Shown here piece by piece: positions 1 to 9,780 of a DNA stretch of 64,000 nucleotides. Position 1 is the first letter of the stretch. Each line of letters begins with the position of its first letter. The stretch is from Alphaproteobacteria bacterium (GTDB lineage: Bacteria > Pseudomonadota > Alphaproteobacteria > Rs-D84): NCBI GenBank assembly GCA_017615655.1, contig JAFZZS010000002.1:3114-67113 (forward strand). The letters are read 5' to 3'. The translations under genes and the position numbers were made by a program. The notes under the pieces are model-generated. The model ran no database searches, was not told where the DNA came from, and was given only the letters and a program-made list of their open reading frames with translations.

Positions 1-1
1 T

Positions 2-2734
2 GAATTTAATTTGGGGGTGGATGTTAATGACAAGGCCAGTGAAGTAAAGTCAAAAATAGACGCTTTGGCATCAGAATTTCCAACAGATTTAAAGCAACCA
101 GTTATTGAAAAATTGAACCCATTACAGACGTCTGTGGTTGATATCGCGCTAAGCGGCCCATCTTTGAGAGATTTACAAGAATATGCTGATAACACACTCT
201 CTAATAAACTTACATCTATAAATGGTGTTGCAAGTGTATCAATTTTTGGCGGTGAAAAACGTGCTATTCGTGTTGCACTAAATCCACAAACTATGGCGGC
301 ACATGGTGTTACAATAATGGATGTAATATCGGCAATGGGTACAAATAATCTTAACGTTCCGGGGGGAAAAATAGAAGTTGGTTCCGATTCTGCGAATGTT
401 CGATTTATCGGGGAATTCGATTCGGTTGATGCAATTAAAAATTTACATATAACAACCGCTGAGGGTCAAAAATTTAAATTGAGTGATATAGCGTCTGTCA
501 CCGATGCTGCCCGGGATTTAGATACAGGGGCACGTTTTAATGGAAACCCGGTTGTTATCGCATCAGTGGTCAAAGCGTCTGATGGTAATGCAGTTAAAAT
601 ATCGCGTGATTTAAAAAAGAATTTACCAGTCTTTCAGGCGGATTTACAGGCACATGTTCCAGATGCTACGATGGAAATTATTTCTGATTCGTCTATAGTA
701 GTTTCAAATGAGACATCAAGTACCATAAAAGGTATTTTACTTGGTGTTGTTTTCACAATTATTGTGTTATTGGCATTTACTAAAAATTGGCGATCAACAA
801 TTATCGCAGGGGTTGTGATACCTGCATCGTTGGTTGCAGGTTTGTTCTTTGTTAATGCTAGTGGGTTTACCATTAACGCGATGACCTTGCTTGCTTATTC
901 ATCGGCGCTGGGGACCTTGGTGTCAAACGCTATTATTCTTATAGAAGCAGCGTTGCAAGAGATGAATACAGGAAAATCCGCTGAAAATGCCGCAATAGAT
1001 GGGACAAAGCGGGTCGCAGTGTCTGTGTTTGCGGGTGTCGGAACGAATGTTGTTGTGTTCTTGCCATTAGCGTTTATGGGGGGGATTGTTGGTAAATTTA
1101 TGATGCAGTTTGGAATGACTGTTGTTTATCTTACTGTGTTATCGTTAATCTTTTCGTTTACATTAACGCCGATGATGATAGCAAAAATTTTGCGTATCGT
1201 TAAACCAACACAAAAGGTCGTAAAGCAAAAAAAACGTTCATGGTTAGAAAAATGGTTCGCATTTCAATATAAGCATTCTGGACGTGTGATATTAATAGCG
1301 TTTGGAGTTTTGGTTGCATCTGCAATTTTAACCAAATTTACCGGGAACGAATTTAGTCCAGCGACAGATGCAAATGAAATAAATATTACTGCACGTGCGC
1401 CGATGGGCGCAACGTATGAGAAATCACAATCTATCGCAGAAAAAATAGAAAAAGTTTTATCTGGTGTACCCGAGATTAAATCTACATCGGTAAAAATTGG
1501 GGACAGAGGATTGCAAAATATTGCGGTAAAAATCAAATTGGTTGATAGGGCGCATAGAAGAAAAAGTGATAAAAAAATCGCACGTGAAGTTTTACCTGAA
1601 TTATCAAAGATACCTGACGCAGAAATTCAAATTCGCGCAGGCGAGGGGGTTTCTTCGGTGATTTCTGCGGATATAGTTTTGAATATATATGGTGATGATG
1701 ATGCTCTGCGTCAGCAATACGCCACAATGGCATTAGATACAATAAATAGTATCCCAGAGGTTCAAACTGCGGTTTTCGCACAACAAAAACCTGGTGACGA
1801 GATACAATTTATCCCTGATGCAGATAAGATGGATTTTTGGGGTATAAAAAATTCGTATGCAGGAACAGTTTTGCGTTCCGCACTTTACGGAAACGATACA
1901 TATAAGTATAAAGAGGCCGGGGAAGAATACCCGATTGTTTTAGAATTTGCGCGTCCATTCAAAGGATTATCAATGTTTGATGATGTATTGGTTAATTCAC
2001 AAAAAGGTATGGTTGCATTGTCACAACTTGGTACAATCAAAACAGTCACTTCAACCCCAGATATTCGCCGATTGGATAAAAGTCGTGTAACAGAAATAGA
2101 TATAAACCTTGGGAAATCTACCAGTGGACCAGTGCAAACGAAAATAGTCAATGCATTGAATAAGATGGATTGGCGTCCTGGATATGGGTATGAATTTGGT
2201 GGTATGGCAGAAATACAATCTGAAACTACGTCAGAAATAGGAATGGCGTTTTTATTGGCGACTATATTAACATTTATGTTGTTGGCGGCAATTTTAAATT
2301 CATTGATTCATCCACTTACGATTGCTACATCTATTTTAACAAGTTTTGCAGGTGTATTTACATTATTATTCTTGTCAGGTGCCTCAATGAATGTAGGGGC
2401 GATGCTTGCATTTGTTATGTTGGTTGGTTTGGTTGTTAATAATAATATTTTGGTGTTAGAACCAACAATAAAGCGGATACAAAGTGGTGAAAATATCAAA
2501 GTCGCAATGTGGAACGAATTGAATGATAAAAAGAATATGGTGTTAATGACATCTATTGCGGTTATGGCTGGTATGTTACCACAGTTATGGAGTGCGGATG
2601 GTATGAAGTCTGCAATGGCATCAGTTATGATTGGTGGTATGGGCGCAAGTTTATTATGGACATTTATGCTGACGCCGGCACTGTTTTTTGCGATGGAACG
2701 TATACGGCAGAAATTAAAGAATTTAAAAAAATAA
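2..2734 (+). CDS. RND (AcrB/AcrD/AcrF-family) multidrug efflux permease, 5'-truncated by window edge (about 110 N-terminal residues missing)
   Basis: 907-aa ORF aligns from about residue 115 of AcrB-type pumps (periplasmic porter domains plus 12-TM pattern). The reading frame is open to the window edge. Terminator hairpin follows at 2736-2760. Confidence 0.85.
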   Translation, partial: EFNLGVDVNDKASEVKSKIDALASEFPTDLKQPVIEKLNPLQTSVVDIALSGPSLRDLQEYADNTLSNKLTSINGVASVSIFGGEKRAIRVALNPQTMAAHGVTIMDVISAMGTNNLNVPGGKIEVGSDSANVRFIGEFDSVDAIKNLHITTAEGQKFKLSDIASVTDAARDLDTGARFNGNPVVIASVVKASDGNAVKISRDLKKNLPVFQADLQAHVPDATMEIISDSSIVVSNETSSTIKGILLGVVFTIIVLLAFTKNWRSTIIAGVVIPASLVAGLFFVNASGFTINAMTLLAYSSALGTLVSNAIILIEAALQEMNTGKSAENAAIDGTKRVAVSVFAGVGTNVVVFLPLAFMGGIVGKFMMQFGMTVVYLTVLSLIFSFTLTPMMIAKILRIVKPTQKVVKQKKRSWLEKWFAFQYKHSGRVILIAFGVLVASAILTKFTGNEFSPATDANEINITARAPMGATYEKSQSIAEKIEKVLSGVPEIKSTSVKIGDRGLQNIAVKIKLVDRAHRRKSDKKIAREVLPELSKIPDAEIQIRAGEGVSSVISADIVLNIYGDDDALRQQYATMALDTINSIPEVQTAVFAQQKPGDEIQFIPDADKMDFWGIKNSYAGTVLRSALYGNDTYKYKEAGEEYPIVLEFARPFKGLSMFDDVLVNSQKGMVALSQLGTIKTVTSTPDIRRLDKSRVTEIDINLGKSTSGPVQTKIVNALNKMDWRPGYGYEFGGMAEIQSETTSEIGMAFLLATILTFMLLAAILNSLIHPLTIATSILTSFAGVFTLLFLSGASMNVGAMLAFVMLVGLVVNNNILVLEPTIKRIQSGENIKVAMWNELNDKKNMVLMTSIAVMAGMLPQLWSADGMKSAMASVMIGGMGASLLWTFMLTPALFFAMERIRQKLKNLKK

Positions 2735-2735
2735 A

Positions 2736-2760
2736 AACGGGACATTTTGTCCCGTTTTTA
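2736..2760. terminator. Bidirectional rho-independent terminator between RND pump (+) and thyA (-)
   Basis: Perfect 8-bp stem aacgggac/gtcccgtt with 5-nt loop, flanked by an A-tract upstream and a T-tract downstream. Confidence 0.75.
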
Positions 2761-2761
2761 T

Positions 2762-3733
2762 CTAGCGTGCAACATCGCCACGTAATTTTTCATGACATTT
2801 ATAATTTTGTAATTTAAATCCGTTTGCTGCCTCCCATGCCAACATACCACGCCAGTTTTCATCAGGAATTTCAACAGTTGGTAATTGATACGGAATACGT
2901 TTTATTTGTTCTTGCATTTGTGGAATGTGATTTTCGTAAATGTGTGCATCATGCAGTTCGCCTTTTAGTATACCAGGTTTTAAACCAACCTCTTTGGCAT
3001 AGAGCATAAGAAGTAATGCGTATGACGCAATATTGTACGGCACCCCAAGAAACATATCACATGAACGCTGTGTCCAAATTAAATTTAACCTGTCACCATC
3101 AACCAGTAAATTATGCATAATATGGCATGGTGGTAGCGCCATTTTATCCATTTCAACAGGATTCCACGCACTGATAATAATGCGGCGATTCGTAGGATCG
3201 TTTTTTAATGTGTTGATTGCGGATTTTACCTGGTCATATCCAGGATTTTGCGGATCAAAGTTATCCATCGGGTTTTTATCAATACGCTCAGGGTCGAATT
3301 CATATTTTCCACCAAAGTGACGCCATTGAAAACCATAAACAGGTCCCAAGTCACGTTCCATAGACATTGCGCGATTACGAAGAGTTGTTTTTTCTTCTTC
3401 GGTTGGACGACGACCAAAATATTCCGGAAATTCGCGAACACTTGTTTCATAGACAGGTTTCCATTTTGGTGCACTGGACCATTCATCCCAAATTGTACAT
3501 TTGCGATCTTGCAGCCATTTTTTATCGGTGATACCTTTGATAAAAAATTCCAGTTCGGTAGCAATATTTTTAAGCCCCATTTTTTTTGTTGTGATTAATG
3601 GAAAACCCATGTCCATATCATGAACAAAAACCGCACCTGCGGGATTACGTAGTGTTTTTATACCGGTACGATTGTTGGTCAGGTCTGTTTTTGTGTCCAA
3701 AATTTCTTGGCAAATATCTAAGTATGCTTTCAT
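2762..3733 (-). CDS. thyA: Thymidylate synthase ThyA (folate-dependent, long ~324-aa form)
   Basis: Typical ThyA motifs: FHDMDMGFPL, WNP, the active-site region, and the C-terminal PCH/DAHIY region. Start chosen at MKAYLDICQEILD (ATG at 3731-3733) rather than the upstream in-frame Met. Confidence 0.9.
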   Translation of the reverse strand: MKAYLDICQEILDTKTDLTNNRTGIKTLRNPAGAVFVHDMDMGFPLITTKKMGLKNIATELEFFIKGITDKKWLQDRKCTIWDEWSSAPKWKPVYETSVREFPEYFGRRPTEEEKTTLRNRAMSMERDLGPVYGFQWRHFGGKYEFDPERIDKNPMDNFDPQNPGYDQVKSAINTLKNDPTNRRIIISAWNPVEMDKMALPPCHIMHNLLVDGDRLNLIWTQRSCDMFLGVPYNIASYALLLMLYAKEVGLKPGILKGELHDAHIYENHIPQMQEQIKRIPYQLPTVEIPDENWRGMLAWEAANGFKLQNYKCHEKLRGDVAR

Positions 3734-3808
3734 ATTTTTTCCTTTCTTAAATGTTGACAATCTGAATATACAGTGTTTTATTGTGTTATGCAAGGTATAT
3801 TTGTAGGC

Positions 3809-3836
3809 TTGCAAATATGTTAATGGATGTTATAAT
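3809..3836 (+). promoter_or_regulatory. Putative sigma70-type promoter for the HAD hydrolase gene (-35 TTGCAA, 16-nt spacer, -10 TATAAT)
   Basis: TTGCAA at 3809-3814 and TATAAT at 3831-3836, about 28 nt upstream of ATG 3864, in the divergent thyA/HAD intergenic region. Confidence 0.35.
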
Positions 3837-3863
3837 GAACTTGTTCTTATCAGGGAAAATTAC

Positions 3864-4463
3864 ATGTTTAAACGGGTAAATGTGGTACTGTTTGATTTTG
3901 ACGGGACGTTATCTTGGCCCGATTCAAATACGGCATTTTTGCATTATTGTATGCGGCATTCAATAAAGCCTTGGTTGTTTTTGCCGTTAATTGTTTTTTG
4001 TGCATGCGTGGGTATTCTTAGACCCGGGGGAATATGGTGGCGTCAAAATATGCGCAGGTTTATTACTAAAGACATGGTTCGCAAATTTGCACCGGATTTC
4101 ATTAAACAACATATTCGCAACAGATTTGGTTGGGCTGCAGAAAAAGTTGCCGATGAACAGGCGGCGGGGAACAAGGTGTTGCTGATTTCTGCGTCACCAG
4201 ATTATCTTATTCCAAAATTAGTTCATGATATGAAGTTTGACGCGGTTATTTGTTCCAAAATGTATACAAAAAAACCGTGGAAATACAGATTTCTGTGTCG
4301 CGGTTATAATAAAGTATATGCAATGGATGAATGGGCAAAAGAAAATAATTTCATTCCGCATGTCGTACGCGCATATTCAGACAGTAAAACTGATATGCCA
4401 ATGATGGAGATTGCAGAACAGCAAATATGGATAAATCCAAAAACAGGATTGCCTGTATATTAA
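3864..4463 (+). CDS. HAD-superfamily hydrolase (HAD-IB/phosphoserine-phosphatase-like)
   Basis: N-terminal DxDGT motif (LFDFDGTL), Lys and DD-like motifs downstream, 199 aa. Confidence 0.6.
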   Translation: MFKRVNVVLFDFDGTLSWPDSNTAFLHYCMRHSIKPWLFLPLIVFCACVGILRPGGIWWRQNMRRFITKDMVRKFAPDFIKQHIRNRFGWAAEKVADEQAAGNKVLLISASPDYLIPKLVHDMKFDAVICSKMYTKKPWKYRFLCRGYNKVYAMDEWAKENNFIPHVVRAYSDSKTDMPMMEIAEQQIWINPKTGLPVY

Positions 4464-4491
4464 TAAACGTGCTATATAGGCGTGTTTTGTA

Positions 4492-5370
4492 TTATTTATC
4501 AAAATCTAATTCTTTTAATTTCTCGGCACGTGGCGCAATTTTTTCAATTGATGTTTGTATTTGTTCTATATCTGATTGTGCCTGGGTAAAATGTTTTCGT
4601 ACATTGTCAGTGCGTTCTGCAAGTCGTGATAAATCAGCCAGTAACAAATCCAGTTCGCGTTTAATCTGGCCAGCCACGCGTTTAATTTTTATGTCAGATA
4701 ATACAGACCGAATAGTGTTTAATGTCGCCCACAATGTAGATGGGGATACAATAAATACCTTTTTGCGTGCTGCATAATTGATTATTCCGGAAAACTCACG
4801 ATGTAATGTTTCAAATATAGATTCCGATGCAATAAACATCATTGCACTTTCTGCGGTCTTTCCTGGGATAATATATTTTTCAGCAATTGCATCTATGTGT
4901 TTTCTGACATCTAATTCAAATTGTTTGCGGTATAATTCAGGATTTTCATTATTTGTCATACGTGAAAAAGATTCCAGTGGAAATTTGCTGTCTATGATCA
5001 TATCGCCTGGTGGATACGGCAAGCGTATAATACAATCAGGACGAACACCCGTATCCATTACGTGTTGAAATGCATATGTTTCAGGGGGCATGATATCAGC
5101 CACTAAATCTTCCAATTGTCTTTCACCAAATGTTCCACGGGCTTGTTTATTGCCCATAAGTATATTTTTAAAGTTAGCAATATCAGAACTGATATTTTTC
5201 AATTCTGTTGCATTTTGTGCCAGAACCCCAAGTCTCTCGGATAAACGTTCACGCAGGCGTGCATTATCTTCGCGCAAAGCAGATGTATCTATGCCGTTTG
5301 GCCGCATTAGCAGCACACCAAGCATTATGATTATAAGTGCGCTCATTACTATTAAAATATAAGTTGTCAT
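4492..5370 (-). CDS. rmuC: DNA recombination protein RmuC (short form)
   Basis: N-terminal TM helix, coiled-coil region, conserved RmuC C-terminal domain (IMFIASESIFE, VSPSTLWATL). Start set at MTTYIL (ATG at 5368-5370); the upstream extension of the ORF is probably not translated. Confidence 0.7.
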   Translation of the reverse strand: MTTYILIVMSALIIIMLGVLLMRPNGIDTSALREDNARLRERLSERLGVLAQNATELKNISSDIANFKNILMGNKQARGTFGERQLEDLVADIMPPETYAFQHVMDTGVRPDCIIRLPYPPGDMIIDSKFPLESFSRMTNNENPELYRKQFELDVRKHIDAIAEKYIIPGKTAESAMMFIASESIFETLHREFSGIINYAARKKVFIVSPSTLWATLNTIRSVLSDIKIKRVAGQIKRELDLLLADLSRLAERTDNVRKHFTQAQSDIEQIQTSIEKIAPRAEKLKELDFDK

Positions 5371-5413
5371 TTGGATTTCCTTTGCTATCATCTTATTATA
5401 AAAGGATTTATGT

Positions 5414-5914
5414 ATGTTGCAAATGAAACTTTGTGGTGATTTAATATTGCGCGAAAAGTGTTCGCCTGTAGAGGTTATTACGTCTGAAATAAAGAATAAT
5501 ATGGACGAGATGGTAAAAATGATGCGCGAACAAAATGGTGTAGGACTTGCCGCGCCACAGGTTGGTATTACAAAACGGTTTCTTGTCATGATGAATCCTA
5601 AATCTGGTGAAATTTTTAAAATGATAAATCCTGTGATAACTTCGCGTAGTGAAGAGTTGGCGGTTATAGAAGAGGGGTGTTTATCGGTTTTGGGTCCTGA
5701 CAATTTGCCTGTATACGCAAATGTTACTCGTCCTGCGGTTGTGACAATTGAATGGATGGGGGATGATGGCAAGAAATATGCGGCGGAAATGTCTGGTATA
5801 ATGGCGCGTATTGCCCAGCATGAAACGGATCATTTGGATGGAATTTTATTTATTGATTATCTTGCGCCGGTAAAACGTGAAATGGTAATGCGTAAAGTGA
5901 GGCAACATAAATGA
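5414..5914 (+). CDS. def: Peptide deformylase
   Basis: GLAAPQVG, EGCLSV and HETDHLDG motifs; 166 aa. Confidence 0.92.
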   Translation: MLQMKLCGDLILREKCSPVEVITSEIKNNMDEMVKMMREQNGVGLAAPQVGITKRFLVMMNPKSGEIFKMINPVITSRSEELAVIEEGCLSVLGPDNLPVYANVTRPAVVTIEWMGDDGKKYAAEMSGIMARIAQHETDHLDGILFIDYLAPVKREMVMRKVRQHK

Positions 5915-6714
5915 AAGTCATTTTAATGGGAACCCCAGATTTTGTTGTACCTATGTTTGATGCGATTTCCGAAAGTCATGATGTTATCGCGGTATTTACG
6001 CGTGGCCCGAAACCTGTTGGTCGGAAACATGTGATTACAAAATCACCTGTGCACATCTGGGCGGAATCTAAAAATATTCCTGTATACCATAAACCAGGTG
6101 AGTATAATTTTAAACCTGATATGGTATTTGTTGCTGCATATGGTGCCATTTTACATAAAAATGTATTAAATTCTGCACCTTGCATAAATTTGCATCCAAG
6201 TTTATTACCACTTTATCGTGGACCGTCGCCAATTAAAACAGCAATTCTAAATGGTGATACAGAAAGCGGTGTCTGTCTTATGAGAATGACCGAAGAATTG
6301 GATGCGGGTGATATTTTAATGTGTCAGAAGTTTAACATTGAAATTGATGATACAAATGAAGTCATAGAAAAACATGTATCCGAAATCGGTTCAAAAATGA
6401 TTTTAGAATATATGAAGAATCCAAATAAATATCCCCCAATTAAACAAAGTGGAAAAATCGTCTATACGGCTAAAATCGGTGTATACGATGAAATAATAGA
6501 TTGGGAAAAGTCGCCAATTGAAATTCATAATTTGGTGCGTGCACTTGGGGCGGGGCGCACAAAAATAAACGGCATAGATGTAAAAATTCTTAAAACAAAA
6601 ATGAATGGTGATACATTGGAAATTGTAAAAATTCAACCGGCGGGCAAAAAGCCGATGGATTGGAAAAGTTTTGTAAATGGTCTGCGCGGTGCAGAGATAA
6701 AGTATGGTGAATAA
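5911..6714 (+). CDS. fmt: Methionyl-tRNA formyltransferase (compact, 267 aa)
   Basis: Formyl-transferase N-terminal fold (ILMGTPDF, HPSLLPLYRGPSPI). 4-nt overlap with the def stop, the classic def-fmt operon. Confidence 0.85.
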   Translation: MKVILMGTPDFVVPMFDAISESHDVIAVFTRGPKPVGRKHVITKSPVHIWAESKNIPVYHKPGEYNFKPDMVFVAAYGAILHKNVLNSAPCINLHPSLLPLYRGPSPIKTAILNGDTESGVCLMRMTEELDAGDILMCQKFNIEIDDTNEVIEKHVSEIGSKMILEYMKNPNKYPPIKQSGKIVYTAKIGVYDEIIDWEKSPIEIHNLVRALGAGRTKINGIDVKILKTKMNGDTLEIVKIQPAGKKPMDWKSFVNGLRGAEIKYGE

Positions 6715-6717
6715 AAT

Positions 6718-7053
6718 ATGGGCAATGAATTAGAACGAGATGTTTTTTGCTTGTATCGTGGCACGTTTGTTGCGCGGTCTGAATTTAATTCAAATGCACC
6801 CGCTTATCACGAATCCGAACATGGTGATTCGTATATGGCATCGCCGTATGGTGAATGTAAGTGTATATCTTGTTGTGCCACCAATAGATTAAATTGTGTA
6901 AATTGTGATATGCCGAAAATATTGAATGCAGAATTTCGCACAGAAATGTTAAAGAAATTCGATTTGGATGGCAATTATCTTGGTGCTGGTATGCCACAAC
7001 ATAGATGCGATATGTGCATGGCACAATATAAACAAAATGGACATTTAAGATAA
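6718..7053 (+). CDS. Cysteine-rich hypothetical protein (111 aa, 11 Cys)
   Basis: ORF packed between the fmt stop (6714) and truA start (7055) with 3-nt and 1-nt gaps. CxC, CC and CxxC spacing suggests metal binding. No recognisable family. Confidence 0.45.
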   Translation: MGNELERDVFCLYRGTFVARSEFNSNAPAYHESEHGDSYMASPYGECKCISCCATNRLNCVNCDMPKILNAEFRTEMLKKFDLDGNYLGAGMPQHRCDMCMAQYKQNGHLR

Positions 7054-7054
7054 A

Positions 7055-7798
7055 ATGACGCGGTATAAAGTTATTCTTGAATACGATGGAACAGATTTAA
7101 TTGGGTGGCAGGAAAACACCCAGGGTCCGTCAGTACAATCTTTATTAAAAGACGCTATTGAAAAATTTTGTGGTGTACGTCCCGATGTTATTGGGGCGGG
7201 GCGGACTGATGCAGGGGTTCATGCAATCGGTATGGTTGCACACTTTGATTTGAATAAAGAATTTGATGCAAATACAGTTATGCGTGCGGTGAATTTCTAT
7301 TTAAATAATGCGCCCGTATCAGTATTGGATTGTAAAATTGTTGCGGATGATTTCAATGCACGTTTTTCGTGTAAAATGCGGCATTATAAATATATAGTGT
7401 TGAATCGCCCGTCAAAACCAGTATTAGATAAAAATCGTGTTTGGTGGGTACCAAGAAAATTAAATATCAAGAAAATGCGTATGGCGGCAGATAAATTGGT
7501 TGGTAAACATGATTTTACGTCTTTTCGCGCATCAGAATGTCAAGCCAAAAGTCCAATAAAAACTCTTGATTCTTGCTGTATAGAACAAGATGATGATATG
7601 ATAATTTTTGATTTTTTTGCACGTTCTTTCCTGCATCATCAAGTTCGAAATATGGTTGGAACGTTGGTGGAAATTGGCTTGGGCAAGCCGTATGATATTG
7701 ACAAGATTTTTAAGGCCCAAGATCGTTCTGCAGCGGGGGCAACAGCCCCGGCGTCCGGACTGTACTTTATTCGTGCCGATTATGCCAAAAACGATTAG
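7055..7798 (+). CDS. truA: tRNA pseudouridine(38-40) synthase TruA
   Basis: GRTDAGVHA catalytic motif; 247 aa. Confidence 0.9.
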   Translation: MTRYKVILEYDGTDLIGWQENTQGPSVQSLLKDAIEKFCGVRPDVIGAGRTDAGVHAIGMVAHFDLNKEFDANTVMRAVNFYLNNAPVSVLDCKIVADDFNARFSCKMRHYKYIVLNRPSKPVLDKNRVWWVPRKLNIKKMRMAADKLVGKHDFTSFRASECQAKSPIKTLDSCCIEQDDDMIIFDFFARSFLHHQVRNMVGTLVEIGLGKPYDIDKIFKAQDRSAAGATAPASGLYFIRADYAKND

Positions 7799-9701
7799 AA
7801 TTTATTTTTGTAAAATGTCCAGATTTATAAATAATACCACCACCATGAATTATTTTTCTAGCGCATTTTGAATCTGTATTTACGTTAAAATAAGACACAA
7901 TGTATTTAATACCATCATCGTTACACATTGATAAAATGTTTTTACTTAGTGTGGTAAAGTTTTGAATATGTACAATTGACCAATGTGGAAAATTGACTTT
8001 ATATACACCGTATTCTTTGTGCAATTGTAAATTATCGGTACCTTGGGTTTCGCAATTAGATTGTTTCCATGTATCAAAGGCAAAATAATTACTGCTGTCA
8101 TGTGTTTTATTAAAGTGCAATTTTCCATCTATTACGGCACCTATTAGTTTATGATTATTACTTATGTAAAATACAGGCAATGGCGAAAATAAGAATATTA
8201 TAGTTCCAATTGATATTAATGTTCCTCCTAATAAAAGGTTAAAATGTCGTAAAATAGCGTATTTGAATTTATCAGAATTGCGTATGAATATTATACAGCA
8301 AAATCCAAGTGTTATGAATATAATTGGTATATTTGTAATATAACCAACATTCAGATTTGCTAGGGGCAGACTAGTAATATCAGATGCAATTGTAAGCATT
8401 ATATTGTAAACATTGTGTGCCAAGACTAATGGGCCCAGCAGTCCAAAAATAGAAAGTATTGTTCCAATAATAACAAGAGGCATAATAATAAATGAAAATA
8501 CTGGTAAAAATATCAAATTCCCCAAAATTCCGTAAAGTGATAATGTTCCAAAATGCATTATAGCGAATGGGCAAGTAAATAATGTGGCAATCAAAGCGGT
8601 TAGAAAAGCACCATAGATGTATTTTAGAAATTTATTATTTGGCAGTGTGGGATTTACAACAGTCCACAACCATAAAATCCCAAAAATTGCGGCAAAAGAT
8701 AATTGAAACCCCGCTTGCATTACAAAATGCGGATTTATCATTATAAGTATAATAAAAGCGATACTTGCTATGCGTAATGATATAATGTTTCGGCGTAATA
8801 TAAAAGCTAACATAATAAGCGTTGCCATCAGAAATGCGCGTAATGTTGCAACTCCGCATCCAGATAATAATACATATCCAATCAGTCCGCACCATGCACA
8901 AAGTATTGCGGGAATTCGTGCGGGGGTACGCTTTACAAGTTTTGGAAACAACCTAAACAAAAAATAAAATAGAATAAACAACCATCCCATCACAAGTGTT
9001 GTGTGGTACCCACTTATTGACCAAATATGTGACATCCCATTTGTCGCCCATATACCGCGATGACTATCAGGTAAAGTATGTTTATACCCTAGAATTAATG
9101 AATCTGCCAAGAAAGAATTTGCATGTTTTTTTATGGTGTTTCTAATGTTGTATACAGCAGATTTTGTCGTATATATCGTTTTTATATCTTGTATATATCC
9201 TGTGGCAGAAATGTTATCAAAATATGCCCAACGTGCAAAATCAAAACCGTTTGGAATATCTGCAGGTCCAGGTTTAAATAAACCCCCATTTCCAGATATT
9301 ACATCACCAATTTTATAAGATTCATTGGTTGTCGTTGATACGCGAACAGTTCCATACTTTTCTGTATCTAAATATATGCGCATTTTTTCGTTTGCAAAAT
9401 CGACATCTGTTATTTTACCAGTAATTTCAATACCATGAACATCGTGTTCAATGTATTTAACGTTTTTTGTGTGGGTGTAGATTCCTGAATATCCAAACCC
9501 AGTAAAAAAACACGCAAATAAACATAAAATTGGCCACTTTTTGACACCAAAAAACATGGATATCCCCAAAATGAGTGCCAATAGTAAAATCCATAAACTT
9601 GGCTCTGTACCCAATGAAAAATAGAGCCCCATACCAAAAGCAGCAAAAATTGGTGTCCAAAGAAACAGATTTTTATACTGATTATCAAGGAATTCTTTCA
9701 T
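7767..9701 (-). CDS. comEC: ComEC/Rec2-family competence membrane protein (no recognisable C-terminal metallo-beta-lactamase domain)
   Basis: Multi-TM competence domain. Start at MKEFLDNQYKNLFLWTPIFAAF (ATG at 9699-9701). C-terminal ~150 aa lack the HxHxDH MBL signature. Convergent 32-nt overlap with the truA 3' end. Confidence 0.7.
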   Translation of the reverse strand: MKEFLDNQYKNLFLWTPIFAAFGMGLYFSLGTEPSLWILLLALILGISMFFGVKKWPILCLFACFFTGFGYSGIYTHTKNVKYIEHDVHGIEITGKITDVDFANEKMRIYLDTEKYGTVRVSTTTNESYKIGDVISGNGGLFKPGPADIPNGFDFARWAYFDNISATGYIQDIKTIYTTKSAVYNIRNTIKKHANSFLADSLILGYKHTLPDSHRGIWATNGMSHIWSISGYHTTLVMGWLFILFYFLFRLFPKLVKRTPARIPAILCAWCGLIGYVLLSGCGVATLRAFLMATLIMLAFILRRNIISLRIASIAFIILIMINPHFVMQAGFQLSFAAIFGILWLWTVVNPTLPNNKFLKYIYGAFLTALIATLFTCPFAIMHFGTLSLYGILGNLIFLPVFSFIIMPLVIIGTILSIFGLLGPLVLAHNVYNIMLTIASDITSLPLANLNVGYITNIPIIFITLGFCCIIFIRNSDKFKYAILRHFNLLLGGTLISIGTIIFLFSPLPVFYISNNHKLIGAVIDGKLHFNKTHDSSNYFAFDTWKQSNCETQGTDNLQLHKEYGVYKVNFPHWSIVHIQNFTTLSKNILSMCNDDGIKYIVSYFNVNTDSKCARKIIHGGGIIYKSGHFTKINSNRFWHNRHE

Positions 9702-9780
9702 AACGGTGATTATAATTTTATTTTGTTGATTGGCAACAAGGATTTTCTTTATAATATTTACACATAAGGAGAAAAAACTT

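Noticed and set aside
1533-1781. Antisense ORF with a His5 run (HHHHH) inside the RND pump gene
   Set aside because: It is the reverse complement of the GDDDD-encoding segment of a clearly conserved sense gene; typical shadow ORF.
634-3598. Numerous 60-150-aa ORFs on the opposite strand or alternate frames of the RND pump and thyA genes
   Set aside because: All are nested within strongly supported genes and lack RBS or context; judged to be frame shadows.
7767-7798. 32-nt overlap between truA 3' end and comEC 3' end (convergent)
   Set aside because: Convergent overlaps of this size are common in compact genomes, and both genes are otherwise well supported.
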